UHGV virus genome: UHGV-1378817 | Length of the DNA: 64,000 nucleotides | From: a virus | Direction: 5' to 3' (one strand) | Shown: in pieces, positions 45,475-56,179 of the stretch | Position numbering within the stretch: position 1 is the stretch's first letter | How the letters are laid out: every line of letters begins with the position of its first letter | Notes under the pieces: generated by a model | Told to the model about the DNA's origin: nothing | Seen by the model: only the letters and a program-made list of their open reading frames with translations | Database searches by the model: none | Program-made: the position numbers and the translations under genes

Positions 45475-47725
45475 TAAGTTCTTCTCTTTTCTTTTACCGA
45501 GTAATTCGGGTTTTCTGTTCTCTTCGGTTTGAAGGGGTATGGAGATACACCTGAGTGAACAGGGTGAACAACCGAACCATTGGCTATGGCATTAGCATGG
45601 CGAAGCGGACGGGTGACGAAAGAGGGGCCGGAGGACACCAGTCACTGCCATATGATATATGGGTGATAACCTGAAGAGTCTGAATAAGTGTTTAAGTACC
45701 AGTCAGAGGAAAAGGTGAATGGTAGCCGAAGGGGGAGGGGGGTTTCTTGTATCTTTAATTTGTATATTATGTATACACTTGTAAACCAATATCATCTAGA
45801 TCTGTTTACCACACAAAGTGGATAGAGACAAATATTACCTATTAAACTTGAATTATTTATAGAAAATACCACAACACCACTTAAGTCTTTGATTTTACAC
45901 ACAAATCTTACAGATATTCAACCTCCATATTTAACATACCTGTAACATATTCCATACTCTACCTGCCTGATCAATTTCCCCAACTACATCCCTCATATTT
46001 CCCCTGTCTGTACTACCCTGCCCCACCGGGAGTCCCGTCATATCTGGCTTTCCAGCAAATATCACACCCACAAATATCATGCCTGAAGAGGGTTTCATCC
46101 CATAATACCTGCCTTGCCTGAAGAGCGCTTCATACACCACGTAAATTTTTTAATTGACCTCCCCTGCCCCGCCGGAGAGGTTGGCTTTTCCCACACAGAC
46201 CTGAAGAGTCAGCCAGAAATATCTGAATAGGCCCAGTTCTACCACGATTTTGACCTGACCTACAGGAGCGCTGCCAGGCGGACGAAATGGGAATACTTCT
46301 CATTCTTATAACAATTCTCAAATATCGAGGCAGTGAGGCAAATTAATAGGCCAGGCCGTTCACACAGTGGCACAACATTTGCAACCTATCTTGTGGGGGT
46401 GAATGAGAATACCTATCATTGTGAGAACCATTATCATTACGGGCAATTTAACATAATACCCATTATGCGCACCACTGGTGATACATACAGGGATTGATAA
46501 CACGAGTTACAGTTTACGCATATAACAATCATATTTCTTACTATTTGTGTGGGATATAGTTAGCAGCCGATAGATTAGATATTGACCTGTGGACTTCCAA
46601 CCGTCTAGACGTCTAAGCGCCCACACAACAAGGCTTATACATACATTACTGAATGTAAACAGGGCCGCAAAAATGCTACCATACCAGTTTGTAAATTTTC
46701 ATGCAGCACTTGACAAAGAGGAGGAAAACTTGTCTGACACAATGTCACACAATATGACACAATAACGGCTGTTACCATTCCATATCTCACTGTTTACGCA
46801 TAGACTGTTTACGCCTGGATAGTTTACACCTTGACAGTTTACACAGATATGATAAGCCATGACATTCGTTTGCATGAAAACAATTAGCAAGTTAACAATT
46901 AACAAGTTAATAATATATGACATAATATAAAAGCAGGGCAACTATTAGAAGATCTATAGTTGCCTTGCTTGTTATGTCATGATTAACTAAATACAAGGCA
47001 ACTATGATCTGATTAATAGTTTGCAGACAAACTATCACGGGGGTGATGGTTACTGCTTTTATATTATGTCGCGACTCCGTCGCGCCATGCCATTCGTTTG
47101 CATAGTTGCCTTATTGTTACAGATAAAATAATTGTATTGTTAATTATTTCTTATCTTTCTATTAGTCATCTAATGATTCCGGTTAGTATAGTAACGTACA
47201 GTAAACATTAGACGACTAAATATTTCTATGTTTATGATAACCTATCGTGACAATTCCGGACTGTTTACGAAAAATGTTGACACCTGAGCTGATTTATGTT
47301 ATGCAATTTAAACGAATAATTATTTTATGCAGGTATTGACTATTCCGTTATTCTATGGTTGGAATAAATACTTAGCAAGCTATAGAATGGTGAGCGTACG
47401 TAAATTCTGAGATTTGTCGGCTATAGTTATACTCGATTTTTCACGTAGAACACGCTTTTTGGTTTGTGTAAGTGTATGACTTATAAAGATTTTTAGTTGT
47501 TGACAAGATATTGAAGATGTGCATCAGGTTAAATTTTGTGCAATAGCTGCATTACGTGCAATTTTGGAAGGAAAACTGGTAAAAATAGCACCGATACCAC
47601 ACAATGAAAGGTTATGCAATAGCTATTTTATATGTATATTTGTACAGTGTGCAGGATTGATGGCTCGTCAATTATTCCACTTGCCAGGTAGGGCCGTTTA
47701 TGGTAGGGGAAGAGCAGACAAAAAG

Positions 47726-47744
47726 AAAGGGGCCTAAGCCCCTT
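47726..47744 (-). terminator. rho-independent terminator (minus strand)
   Basis: On the minus strand AAGGGGC-ttag-GCCCCTT followed by TCTTTTT, immediately downstream of the stop of ORF 47763-48182. Confidence 0.5.
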
Positions 47745-47762
47745 GATAATTCAGTTAAAAAA

Positions 47763-48182
47763 TTATAATGATTCGTATATTTCAAAAATCCGATTTGCCA
47801 GGTCGTTACGGTAGCGGAATTTTTCCTCACGTTTGATCATCAGATCTTTAAAGCCGTATTCTTTAAGCACTTCATTAACTTTATGGCGGCATACCTTCAT
47901 ATTATCTTGAGCGTCACCAATAAACTTGTTGCTGTGGTGCATTGCTTTAATTTCTTCTTCCAGGACCAGGGCAACTACCCGTACCGGATCAAGCTGGTAG
48001 GCGGTAACATCGATGCGGCATTGTAGACGGCTTTTAACGTCTGCCACCGGATATACTGCAACCTCTTCCCCGTCAACATTGACAATAATTAGTTTACCAT
48101 CGATTTCGAATCCTTTCGCCGCCGGACCGTGACAAAAAGCGTTATCAAAGCTATATGCCGGATTATTAGATTTAATGTTCAT
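47763..48182 (-). CDS. hypothetical protein
   Basis: 139-aa ORF. Confidence 0.45.
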   Translation of the reverse strand: MNIKSNNPAYSFDNAFCHGPAAKGFEIDGKLIIVNVDGEEVAVYPVADVKSRLQCRIDVTAYQLDPVRVVALVLEEEIKAMHHSNKFIGDAQDNMKVCRHKVNEVLKEYGFKDLMIKREEKFRYRNDLANRIFEIYESL

Positions 48183-48326
48183 GGTGTTTTTACCTCTTAG
48201 TTAATTTTCTTACAACTTCCCTTCAAAAAAGAATATAGCAAAACTGCCGATCCCTGTCAACCAAGGATGGCATAATTTTTATGTGATCAAGGGGCTTTAT
48301 TGCCCCTGACCATGTAACTTGTTGTA

Positions 48327-48590
48327 TTATTTGTTATTCATCCAGTTTTCCCAAGCTGCCTGATAATCTGCCTCACTGCGGCGGATCTCTTCTTGCTCTT
48401 CAAGCCGGATCTCTTCTTCTAGGTACCCCAAGATATCGGCTTTTTTGGTCTGGCGTAACATCCAATCATCTTTTTTACGGGTAAAGATCTTATATGCTTT
48501 CTCGCAAACCTCTTTTTTGCTACCTTTTTGGACTTCAAGAACTTTGTAGGCCATGTACTGAACTAGTTTGAGCTGATCAAGACGTTTCAT
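48327..48590 (-). CDS. hypothetical protein
   Basis: 87-aa charged ORF. Confidence 0.4.
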   Translation of the reverse strand: MKRLDQLKLVQYMAYKVLEVQKGSKKEVCEKAYKIFTRKKDDWMLRQTKKADILGYLEEEIRLEEQEEIRRSEADYQAAWENWMNNK

Positions 48591-48653
48591 GATGTTTACC
48601 TCTTTATGGGGTTCTGGTTTGGTGTGGGCCTTTTGGCCCGTGTCATTATCTTA

Positions 48654-48926
48654 TTACTTACGGCGGCAAAATTCAAGTGTTTTTAATTGATAATCTTCCT
48701 CAGCTTGGAGTACAACCGCCTCGATCATTTCGTTGGCATTGGTGAAGCCATACCCTTGAGCGAACTCATCCGCGCCACCTTCGTGATCATGTTCTGCGTT
48801 CATCGCTTCCACAAAATGGAATTCAAGATTATTGAGGTAAGGGCTTGATGTTCCGTCCTCTTTTTCGATGAGATCCCAGATAGCATTAAAACGTGATTCG
48901 ACTTCTTGATTAATCCAGCTTGACAT
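48654..48926 (-). CDS. hypothetical acidic protein
   Basis: 90-aa ORF. Confidence 0.4.
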   Translation of the reverse strand: MSSWINQEVESRFNAIWDLIEKEDGTSSPYLNNLEFHFVEAMNAEHDHEGGADEFAQGYGFTNANEMIEAVVLQAEEDYQLKTLEFCRRK

Positions 48927-49139
48927 AATGTTTTCCTCTCTTCTGGTTGTTGTGTGGGCACTTTTGCCCCTTCAAGATAAATGATACCCCCACCACCTGG
49001 CAGATGTCAACGGTTTTTATAGTTTTTTATATAACAGGCACCCCCGGTGATTGTCTCCCCCCGTCGCCAGGTGCCTGCCGTGAAACAAGTATAACAAAAA
49101 ACAGGACCATTGCAAGCCCTGTTTTGTAGTTTATAAATA

Positions 49140-49331
49140 TTATATTTTTTCGCCTATGTAGTCCGGTCGGTTTTTCTCTGTCATGCGCTTTAGCAATTCT
49201 TGCATGTTGCTTATGGCTTGTAGTGTATCCCCTTCCAGGCTTGAATCGACATAATCAGGATCGTCTATGACCTTTCTATGATTATGATAACGCAGTACCG
49301 CCAATACCTTTCTAACTTGTTCGATATTCAT
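49140..49331 (-). CDS. hypothetical protein
   Basis: 63-aa ORF. Confidence 0.35.
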   Translation of the reverse strand: MNIEQVRKVLAVLRYHNHRKVIDDPDYVDSSLEGDTLQAISNMQELLKRMTEKNRPDYIGEKI

Positions 49332-49480
49332 TTTTACCGCTCTTTAAAACAAGGTGCCAACCGTTTCCAATAGATCACTAACTATCAGGACAATACTGAT
49401 CAGCACATATCTAACCATAAGGGGAAAGAGCGCCAGCGATCCCGCCACAATCCCCAAGGTGATGATTATCTTTCTCATGG

Positions 49481-49765
49481 TTAACGGTTTACGTAAGTTT
49501 TCCCGTTCACGGTTATGGGCAGATCCTCCAGGTCTGGATCTTCCTTAAGGTCGCGAGCAAGCTCACCGCACCGGATACCCTCGAATCCGTAGTACTCTGT
49601 CGTGCCGTCCTTAAAAGTTTTAGCGGCAAGGCATAAGCGATAAGTAACCCCGATTCGATTGACGGCATGAATATCCGTTAGATTAACCTCTTTTGCCAGC
49701 TCTTTAGCCATTACAGGCGCATTAAGTCCAACAACCAGGGCAACCACTGCGATCATCTTTTTCAT
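49481..49765 (-). CDS. small secreted protein
   Basis: MKKMIAVVALVVGLNAPVMAKE signal-peptide-like N-terminus. Confidence 0.45.
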   Translation of the reverse strand: MKKMIAVVALVVGLNAPVMAKELAKEVNLTDIHAVNRIGVTYRLCLAAKTFKDGTTEYYGFEGIRCGELARDLKEDPDLEDLPITVNGKTYVNR

Positions 49766-49856
49766 TGTGTCTATCCTCTTTCTGCTACGTTTAAGGCGGA
49801 GGTAACCGCCTGTTTATGCTTTGTTGGTTAATTTTCGGGTATCGGTATAAATTAAA

Positions 49857-50072
49857 CTATGCTGTACGTTCAACTATAACAACGGTTTGGGGGATCTCAC
49901 CTTCCACCACTAATAAGGCCTTTTTCTGCGTGATGGATATCTTTACCCGTTGCAGCGTGGCGGTGAAGTCTTTCATTTCGTCACGTGGTGTTTTAGTGCA
50001 ATACCAGATCTCAGGCTTGCCGATCTGTAAGTTGCGTAAAAATTCCGTTTTGCCTGTTTTGTTAGTGATCAT
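49857..50072 (-). CDS. hypothetical protein
   Basis: 71-aa ORF. Confidence 0.35.
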   Translation of the reverse strand: MITNKTGKTEFLRNLQIGKPEIWYCTKTPRDEMKDFTATLQRVKISITQKKALLVVEGEIPQTVVIVERTA

Positions 50073-50263
50073 TTGCCAACCTCACCCGATACCGTTGGAA
50101 GACAAGATCACATTAGCCATGGTTGCAATCAGGCCAATACCCAGGGCAATAACCAGGATCACCGCATCAATTAATTTCTGTTTCATGGTGTTTATTCTCT
50201 TCTGTTAGTAACCTTATTCATGGGGCCGCTACTACAGCCCCAGGGTAAGGCGGCTATGTGCTT

Positions 50264-50551
50264 TTAGTGTTTCATTCCAACCATCGCGGCACGGATCGCC
50301 GTAGTGCTGTACTTGAAGCCGTCCGGGGTCTTATCTTGTCCGGTTAGCTCCAGAAAAAGCATCATATCCCGCGCCGCATCATTACGATTAGCATTAGCGT
50401 TAATAAAGCCTTGGGCCAACCGGTACAATGACTCATCGTTATTAATCCAAAGGCTTACATTCCAATGAGTTTTGTTTTTGTAACCGTTATAACCTTTATT
50501 GCTTTTCATGGTGTTTACCTCTTCTTTGTTCCAGGTGGCGGACCATTCCAC
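50264..50551 (-). CDS. hypothetical protein
   Basis: 95-aa ORF. Confidence 0.4.
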   Translation of the reverse strand: MEWSATWNKEEVNTMKSNKGYNGYKNKTHWNVSLWINNDESLYRLAQGFINANANRNDAARDMMLFLELTGQDKTPDGFKYSTTAIRAAMVGMKH

Positions 50552-50602
50552 CGCCTTATGTATTATGCTTTGTTAGATGGTTGTTTGTTGTCAAACTATT
50601 TT

Positions 50603-50782
50603 AACGATAATCATCGTACGCTTTATTAACCTGGCGAATATAACATTCAAAAGCCAGATCAATAGATTTATATTCACGGATATATTCACCATAGGAAACC
50701 ACATACATTTCTATAGCTTCCTCATATGCGAGGAGAATAGAATCTAAGCCTACGATCTCAGTCTTTGCAATAATAGCCATGA
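50603..50782 (-). CDS. hypothetical protein (~59 aa)
   Basis: Manual translation MAIIAKTEIVGLDSILLAYEEAIEMYVVSYGEYIREYKSIDLAFECYIRQVNKAYDDYR; preceded on the minus strand by TTGACA-16-TAGTAT promoter, GC hairpin and AGAGGA RBS. Confidence 0.35.
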
Positions 50783-50855
50783 TTTTTATCCTCTTTGTGG
50801 TTGGTGGGGCTTGTTGCCCCCTTTGATTTATATACTACAGTCTTATATGGTCATG

Positions 50856-51089
50856 TCAACTATTTTCAAAAAATTTTTCTGCTGTAATATTTTTCCCGGT
50901 AGGGTTCGCTACTTTCAAAATTTTATCATGCACTGGACGCCCAAAAGAATAAGCGCCGTACACAGTGCACCAATAATCGCCGTCAGGCTGTACTATTACC
51001 GCCGCATAGGGTACGCCTTTTTCGTTTTTGCTGACAAAATAGATCACGTTGCCATTAATAGCCTCGGCGCGTTTAATTTGTTCCATCAT
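50856..51089 (-). CDS. hypothetical protein
   Basis: 77-aa ORF. Confidence 0.4.
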   Translation of the reverse strand: MMEQIKRAEAINGNVIYFVSKNEKGVPYAAVIVQPDGDYWCTVYGAYSFGRPVHDKILKVANPTGKNITAEKFFENS

Positions 51090-51145
51090 GATGATTTGCC
51101 TCTCTTTATTTTCATAATTGGGGGGCCTTTTCGGCCCAGCCAGGT

Positions 51146-51430
51146 TTATTTATTGATAGCGTGCAGCGGGAAAGGTACGCCAGGTTGATAGATAACTTTT
51201 ACAACCTCATCAGGACAAAAGAAGTTGCAGAACTCACCGCAATAGGCCTCATCCTCTTTCAACTCTTCATCAATATACTCAAAAAAGTAGTCGATGCTTG
51301 GATAATCTTGCCCTGGGTTATAGTCAACCATTGTCAGGACCAGTTCAAGATCGTTGCGTAGGATATGCATACCCGCTTTTAAGTATTTTGCTTCCATTTC
51401 TACTACATCGCCAGCGGTAACAATAGCCAT
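51146..51430 (-). CDS. hypothetical acidic protein
   Basis: 94-aa ORF. Confidence 0.4.
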   Translation of the reverse strand: MAIVTAGDVVEMEAKYLKAGMHILRNDLELVLTMVDYNPGQDYPSIDYFFEYIDEELKEDEAYCGEFCNFFCPDEVVKVIYQPGVPFPLHAINK

Positions 51431-51657
51431 GGTTTTAACTCCTATCTATCCGGTTAATGATTGGGGGCCGCCCCCCTGATGAGTCCTATTATCCATATTG
51501 TAGGGCTTGATGCAAGTACTTATTTAAAAAATTTTTTAAGCGCTCCGTATGCCGTTGTAACGCCAAAATAATAAAGGCCATGCAACCGCATAGCCTTTAT
51601 GTGATTATATCGCTGCAGGCCCTGCCAGGGGCCTTATTTTGCATCATTTTACCGGAA

Positions 51658-51957
51658 CTATACAGAGAAAACATCGTTCACAATAGCGATCACAATGCCG
51701 CCCACCTTGTCACGGTCAACAATGCACAAATCACCATAAATCATGTGGTAGTCTGGATGATCTTTCACGGAATAGTCAATGAGTGTTTTCTTGTCGTCCA
51801 GCTTTGTAACTTCCATTCTCATAACGATATGAGAATCATCAAAGGCATTATTCCGAAAAGTCATAGCCTGACCACCAGGGCACCCAGTGATCTCAACTTC
51901 CACACCGTCTACGATCTGACCATCAAAGAAATAAAGATTATTAGCCGGGATAAACAT
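51658..51957 (-). CDS. hypothetical protein
   Basis: ORF 51658-51966 trimmed to ATG (MFIPANN) with AAGGAG RBS; downstream of palindromic promoter copy 1. Confidence 0.4.
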   Translation of the reverse strand: MFIPANNLYFFDGQIVDGVEVEITGCPGGQAMTFRNNAFDDSHIVMRMEVTKLDDKKTLIDYSVKDHPDYHMIYGDLCIVDRDKVGGIVIAIVNDVFSV

Positions 51958-52001
51958 GTTTATCACTCCTTGTTAACTGCGTGTTATTTTACCACGATTA
52001 A

Positions 52002-52047
52002 AATTTACTTTACCGATGGCCCTGAAGTCAAGGCCATCTAAAAATAA
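52002..52047 (-). promoter_or_regulatory. conserved palindrome-embedded promoter element, copy 1
   Basis: About 46 bp, near-identical to copies at 55714 and 56335; on the minus strand a TTGAC -35 sits inside the inverted repeat GATGGCC...GGCCATC. Confidence 0.55.
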
Positions 52048-52049
52048 AT

Positions 52050-52250
52050 TTACAGGCCTACAATCTCTTTGATTCGTTTTACTGCTGCCTCAGCGCCTTG
52101 GGGGTAGAAATTATGGTAACCGATCACGCGAGTGATACTAATCGCCGTTTGATGATCTTCATAATCGCCCTTGAAGATTTCTTGACCGTCAATCAGCACG
52201 GCAATTTTTTCTTCTTTTTTGAAGTTAATAACGCGGATATTGTTGCTCAT
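52050..52250 (-). CDS. hypothetical protein
   Basis: 66-aa ORF. Confidence 0.4.
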   Translation of the reverse strand: MSNNIRVINFKKEEKIAVLIDGQEIFKGDYEDHQTAISITRVIGYHNFYPQGAEAAVKRIKEIVGL

Positions 52251-52727
52251 TTTGTTTCTCCTTTCTGGTTTTTGTGTTGGTGGGGATTAGCTCCCCGTTG
52301 ATTGTCATTATCCACATTCTGGACCGGATTGCAACACCCCGGAAGAAAAATTTTTTAAAAAGATAGGCCCCATGATCGGGGGCTGTTCTTAGTTACTTAC
52401 TGCGATAAAGTACATCCCTACGCCTAGCAATATTTCAAGGGCGATGATCTCAAGCCATACCATAACCCGGCGCGCCTTATCGGTGCGGGGCTTATCCTTG
52501 GTTGTCATCGTCTCCCCCTTTCCTCCTGGTAGTAGTGACGCGATCTACAATGACCCCCAGGAGTCCTATCACGACACACATCACGAGAAAAATTATCTCC
52601 GCTGTTGTTCGGTCCATTATTATAAAAGTCCTCAAGATCAGGCCTGAAAATAAAGCTTTCGTTATTGAATCCATCACGCCAGGCGGCTGGCTTCAAATCT
52701 TCATTAAAGGGATTAATTAACGTGGTA

Positions 52728-53099
52728 TTATTTAAACGGCTGGCCCACATATTTTCTATTCCTCTCAAATAGGCGATCCGCCTCAGTTAAACATATCTCA
52801 TGGGCTTGATCTCTGGTTTTAGCTTCATCAAAAACCTGTTGCGCCAGGCTGCAACGTAGGGAGACTGGAAGATCACTATAATAGGCGTTGACAAACGTTT
52901 GAGCGTCGTACAGGTCTGAAAATACTTTACCCTTTCTATTATCGCCTTTGTCAACAATTGCAAGGATAACAAGTACAATAGTTGCAACCACCCCCAGGAA
53001 AATAGATATAATAAACCATAAAAAGGCGGATCTACCTATCTTGCCAGCGATCCAGGCGTTGAACAAGGCAACTACTACAGCCAAAATAATAAATTCCAT
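52728..53099 (-). CDS. membrane protein
   Basis: ORF 52728-53132 trimmed to Met MEFIILAVVVALFNAWIAG; two hydrophobic helices; AGAGG RBS. Confidence 0.45.
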   Translation of the reverse strand: MEFIILAVVVALFNAWIAGKIGRSAFLWFIISIFLGVVATIVLVILAIVDKGDNRKGKVFSDLYDAQTFVNAYYSDLPVSLRCSLAQQVFDEAKTRDQAHEICLTEADRLFERNRKYVGQPFK

Positions 53100-53163
53100 T
53101 CTATGTACCTCTTTTGTAGTTCTGTTTAACAATAAGGCGGCAAATATGCCGCCTGTTACCTGA

Positions 53164-53544
53164 TTAAAAATTATCGCCGTAAATCTTTCCGCTTTCTACC
53201 CATACCACCACGCGAGGCATACTATCCCACACGTCTTGTTTTAGATTGAGCGCGTGCAATTCTTCGGTGGTGCTCATACCGGGCACGGGCTGATTGTATA
53301 CTGCAAAACGACCGCCTGCATAATCATAGGCCAGGGTTAAATCACACTGGATCATCTTTTTGATCATGGCATTAAGCATGGCGTTAGCCGCATATTGATC
53401 ACGTTTTAAAGGCAACTCTTTGATTAGTTTGCGATAGTTTTCGATATGGTCGCACACTGTTTCACGAGGAAGATCTTTCATATCTTCACGGAATGTAACC
53501 AGGTTAAACATAACGGTGTCAATAGCCTTGGTAGTGTTTTTCAT
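53164..53544 (-). CDS. hypothetical protein
   Basis: 126-aa ORF. Confidence 0.4.
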   Translation of the reverse strand: MKNTTKAIDTVMFNLVTFREDMKDLPRETVCDHIENYRKLIKELPLKRDQYAANAMLNAMIKKMIQCDLTLAYDYAGGRFAVYNQPVPGMSTTEELHALNLKQDVWDSMPRVVVWVESGKIYGDNF

Positions 53545-53634
53545 GATGTTATCCTCTTTGTTTTGTGTTGGGGCAAACGTCTTGCCCCCTTGAGTTTTAA
53601 TATAGCAGGTTTTTAGGTTATTGCAACACTTTAT

Positions 53635-54258
53635 TTATGAAAAAGTCATCTCACCATATTCATCGACATCAAACCGCCAATCATTGGCCTCGATAAGGCC
53701 GATCAGGTTTTCTGCGGTGAACTGTTCTAGATAGGCCTCCTTCAGGTCTACGTAAACCTTGCGGGATAGCTCCCGTACCGTCTCGGTGATCAGTTCTTCC
53801 AGGTCTTCCACTTTGTTTTCTTGTTTGGCGGTCAGATCTAGCCAAGTGGTATCAATGTACCCGCTTACAGTGTTTTCATGGCTGTAATGGCTGTACTTGT
53901 CGCGTTCAACACTGGCTGATAACTCGCCATCGTGCATTGTGCCGAACAAGTGACGAATTGATCGGAACTTGGTCAGGGCCTTTACTTTACGCAAAAATTT
54001 TTCTAAATCCACGTTTTCAGCACTGATTGACGCGCCGTCACCCTGGCACCAAAAGCCGGACCAATGTACTTCGGTATCTTCAAGGCCGTACTCTGGAAAG
54101 ATATATTCTTTGTAGTGTTCAATTACACTTTCTGCAAAAAAGTTATCCCCGCTGTGTTCTTCTCTTTCGCGGACCATTTCAATAGCTTTTTCTTTTTGTT
54201 CGTCGGTCAGCACGTCGAAAGATAAATTGTAACCTGTGGTAATGTTAACGGTGGTCAT
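53635..54258 (-). CDS. hypothetical protein
   Basis: 207-aa ORF; contains FWCQGDGASIS; no family assignable by eye. Confidence 0.45.
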   Translation of the reverse strand: MTTVNITTGYNLSFDVLTDEQKEKAIEMVREREEHSGDNFFAESVIEHYKEYIFPEYGLEDTEVHWSGFWCQGDGASISAENVDLEKFLRKVKALTKFRSIRHLFGTMHDGELSASVERDKYSHYSHENTVSGYIDTTWLDLTAKQENKVEDLEELITETVRELSRKVYVDLKEAYLEQFTAENLIGLIEANDWRFDVDEYGEMTFS

Positions 54259-54332
54259 GATATTTTCTCCTATTTTCTTTGTTAGTGGCGGGAAAACTTC
54301 CCGCCTGTGTGCTTAAGTATACTTATTGAGAT

Positions 54333-54593
54333 TTACTTGTCAACACTATTTTTTAAATTATTGTGGCGTAAAATATTCAAGATCTCTTCAACGTCATCAA
54401 CACGGCGGCAATTTTTAAACGCTACCAATTGCCCCAGGATTTTAATCACTGGACGGCCTTGCCAGTGCCCTTGGAGAAAGCGCGCTTTAACTTTATCGGT
54501 GGAACTATCACGCCACCAAATAGCCTTGTTGTTGCAGTAGTAAAAATTATTCAGGATAACATCAACTTTATCAAAATTTTTTAATTTACGCAT
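54333..54593 (-). CDS. hypothetical protein
   Basis: 86-aa ORF preceded by a minus-strand TTGACA-16-TATACT promoter. Confidence 0.4.
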   Translation of the reverse strand: MRKLKNFDKVDVILNNFYYCNNKAIWWRDSSTDKVKARFLQGHWQGRPVIKILGQLVAFKNCRRVDDVEEILNILRHNNLKNSVDK

Positions 54594-54997
54594 GGCGTTT
54601 ACTCCTTTCTCTCTTTGATGTGGTTAGTATAGCTAACCTGTTGACGATGTCAATGATATTTTTAACGCCATGAAACGGCCCTGGGCGATGTTTTCAGGTT
54701 AAAGGGGGCGATTGCATAGGTGGGGCCTTTTTGGCGCTTACAGGGCCAACCAGGGGCGCTATTCGTAGGATAGAAATAAAAAGCCCCGCACAATGGCGGG
54801 GCGTTGGTTGTTATTTGCCTTTGTGGCGGTATCGTTCCGCCTGTCGTTCACGTTCCAAAAGCAGGCCCGGTAATTTGCGATCATAATGATTCCGCCAGAT
54901 CTTCCCAAATCTTTTTGGCTTATTCAGTTTATTGTTGCGCTGGCGGCGTTCCGGCAGCTCTTCGGAAGCATGAGATCGCTTTACAATCTTCTCAAAA

Positions 54998-55351
54998 TTA
55001 ATCTTCATATATTCCCCCCTTGCTAACTTCAATATTGGCCTGAATAGCCCGGATACGGCGCTTTATAACTTCCTGATCTGTGTGATCGTATCCCCAAAAG
55101 TCTACGATTTTTGCGCCTCCAGCCTTTAGGCGGTATAGTGTTTCTTGCATCTTGTAAGCCGGGATCGGTCGCGGTGTTACCTGGTCGCCCTTCTCATTCT
55201 TGTACTTGATAATGTAGTCTTCATTGTCGTTGAATACCCAAAATGGGTATTCTGTGAGCGCGTTGCTCTCTTTTTCGTTTTTAGATTGGATCTTGTTTAC
55301 AATTAAAGCCGTAGCAATAGCGCCAATAATAAAACTTGCCCCGCTGATCAT
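54998..55351 (-). CDS. membrane-anchored protein
   Basis: ORF 54998-55414 trimmed to Met MISGASFIIGAIATALIV; AAGGAG RBS. Confidence 0.4.
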   Translation of the reverse strand: MISGASFIIGAIATALIVNKIQSKNEKESNALTEYPFWVFNDNEDYIIKYKNEKGDQVTPRPIPAYKMQETLYRLKAGGAKIVDFWGYDHTDQEVIKRRIRAIQANIEVSKGGIYED

Positions 55352-55426
55352 GTACTTTCTCCTTTCATTGTGTTGATAAACTGTCTTTATAGATGGCCCT
55401 GCTACCAGGACCACCGAAAAAACAGC

Positions 55427-55672
55427 TTATTTGACGATACCGACAAAACAGATCCCGCCTTCCCCTATATAGGCAATATCGGTAATTTTATAATTTGTCA
55501 AGATCCGCGTGTTCAGATCATTAATAAAATCGGTCATCGCGTTGGTGTAGTTGTCTTCCGTGTCTAAGGCATAATCCCAGGTGTAAACCTTTTTACGTCC
55601 GAAGCCTTTTACCATGATACGGGCGCTTTTGGTGTTGGTAGGGGCATAATATTTAGTGATTAGTGCTGCCAT
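55427..55672 (-). CDS. hypothetical protein
   Basis: 81-aa ORF with AGGAG RBS; downstream of palindromic promoter copy 2. Confidence 0.45.
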   Translation of the reverse strand: MAALITKYYAPTNTKSARIMVKGFGRKKVYTWDYALDTEDNYTNAMTDFINDLNTRILTNYKITDIAYIGEGGICFVGIVK

Positions 55673-55713
55673 GGTTTTAACTCCTATGCATTAGTTCAGT
55701 GTTAACAGTATAA

Positions 55714-55759
55714 AGTTTACTTTATTGATGGCCCTAAAGTCAAGGCCATCTAAAAATAA
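55714..55759 (-). promoter_or_regulatory. conserved palindrome-embedded promoter element, copy 2
   Basis: AGTTTACTTTATTGATGGCCCTAAAGTCAAGGCCATCTAAAAATAA on the plus strand; same element as copies 1 and 3. Confidence 0.55.
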
Positions 55760-55761
55760 TC

Positions 55762-56103
55762 TTACTCGTTTTCTTCCAGCTCCGCAAGCTCTTCTTTTGC
55801 TTCTTCCAACCCTGTCTGTAATTCCTGGTATTCTTCATCGTCCTCAATATCCAGGCTGTCGATGTAGTCGCTAAATCCGCAGCGGTAAGCGATAGGATCT
55901 AGCTCCTTGAGGATACGCGACGGAAGAAAAGAAATGTTTCCGATCATAATTTCGCCGTAGATCTCGTCTAACCATTCATCATAGTTTTCGTCGTACTTGT
56001 CCTCGTCGATTTCAAAGTTATCGATCTTATTCTCAAGGTCTGCGATCTGTTTTTTCAGCGCGGCGATCTGCATAGCTTTTTCTGCGGCGGTCATAGTAGT
56101 CAT
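55762..56103 (-). CDS. hypothetical acidic coiled-coil protein
   Basis: 113-aa ORF, highly acidic C-terminus. Confidence 0.4.
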   Translation of the reverse strand: MTTMTAAEKAMQIAALKKQIADLENKIDNFEIDEDKYDENYDEWLDEIYGEIMIGNISFLPSRILKELDPIAYRCGFSDYIDSLDIEDDEEYQELQTGLEEAKEELAELEENE

Positions 56104-56179
56104 GGTGTTTTTCTCCTTTTGTGTGTTCTGGGAAGTTTTCCCGTTTATGTGCTTATTATATCGATTTAAGTTAGCTTGT

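Larger units (their letters stand above)
45320..47760. repeat. 2.4-kb ORF-poor, repeat-rich intergenic region between convergent gene blocks
   Basis: No credible ORF on either strand; contains several direct and inverted repeat families, itemised in findings. Confidence 0.6.

Noticed and set aside
47519-47737. Plus-strand ORF 47519-47737
   Set aside because: It sits at the end of the large repeat-rich intergenic region, runs into a minus-strand terminator and has no RBS; probably noncoding.
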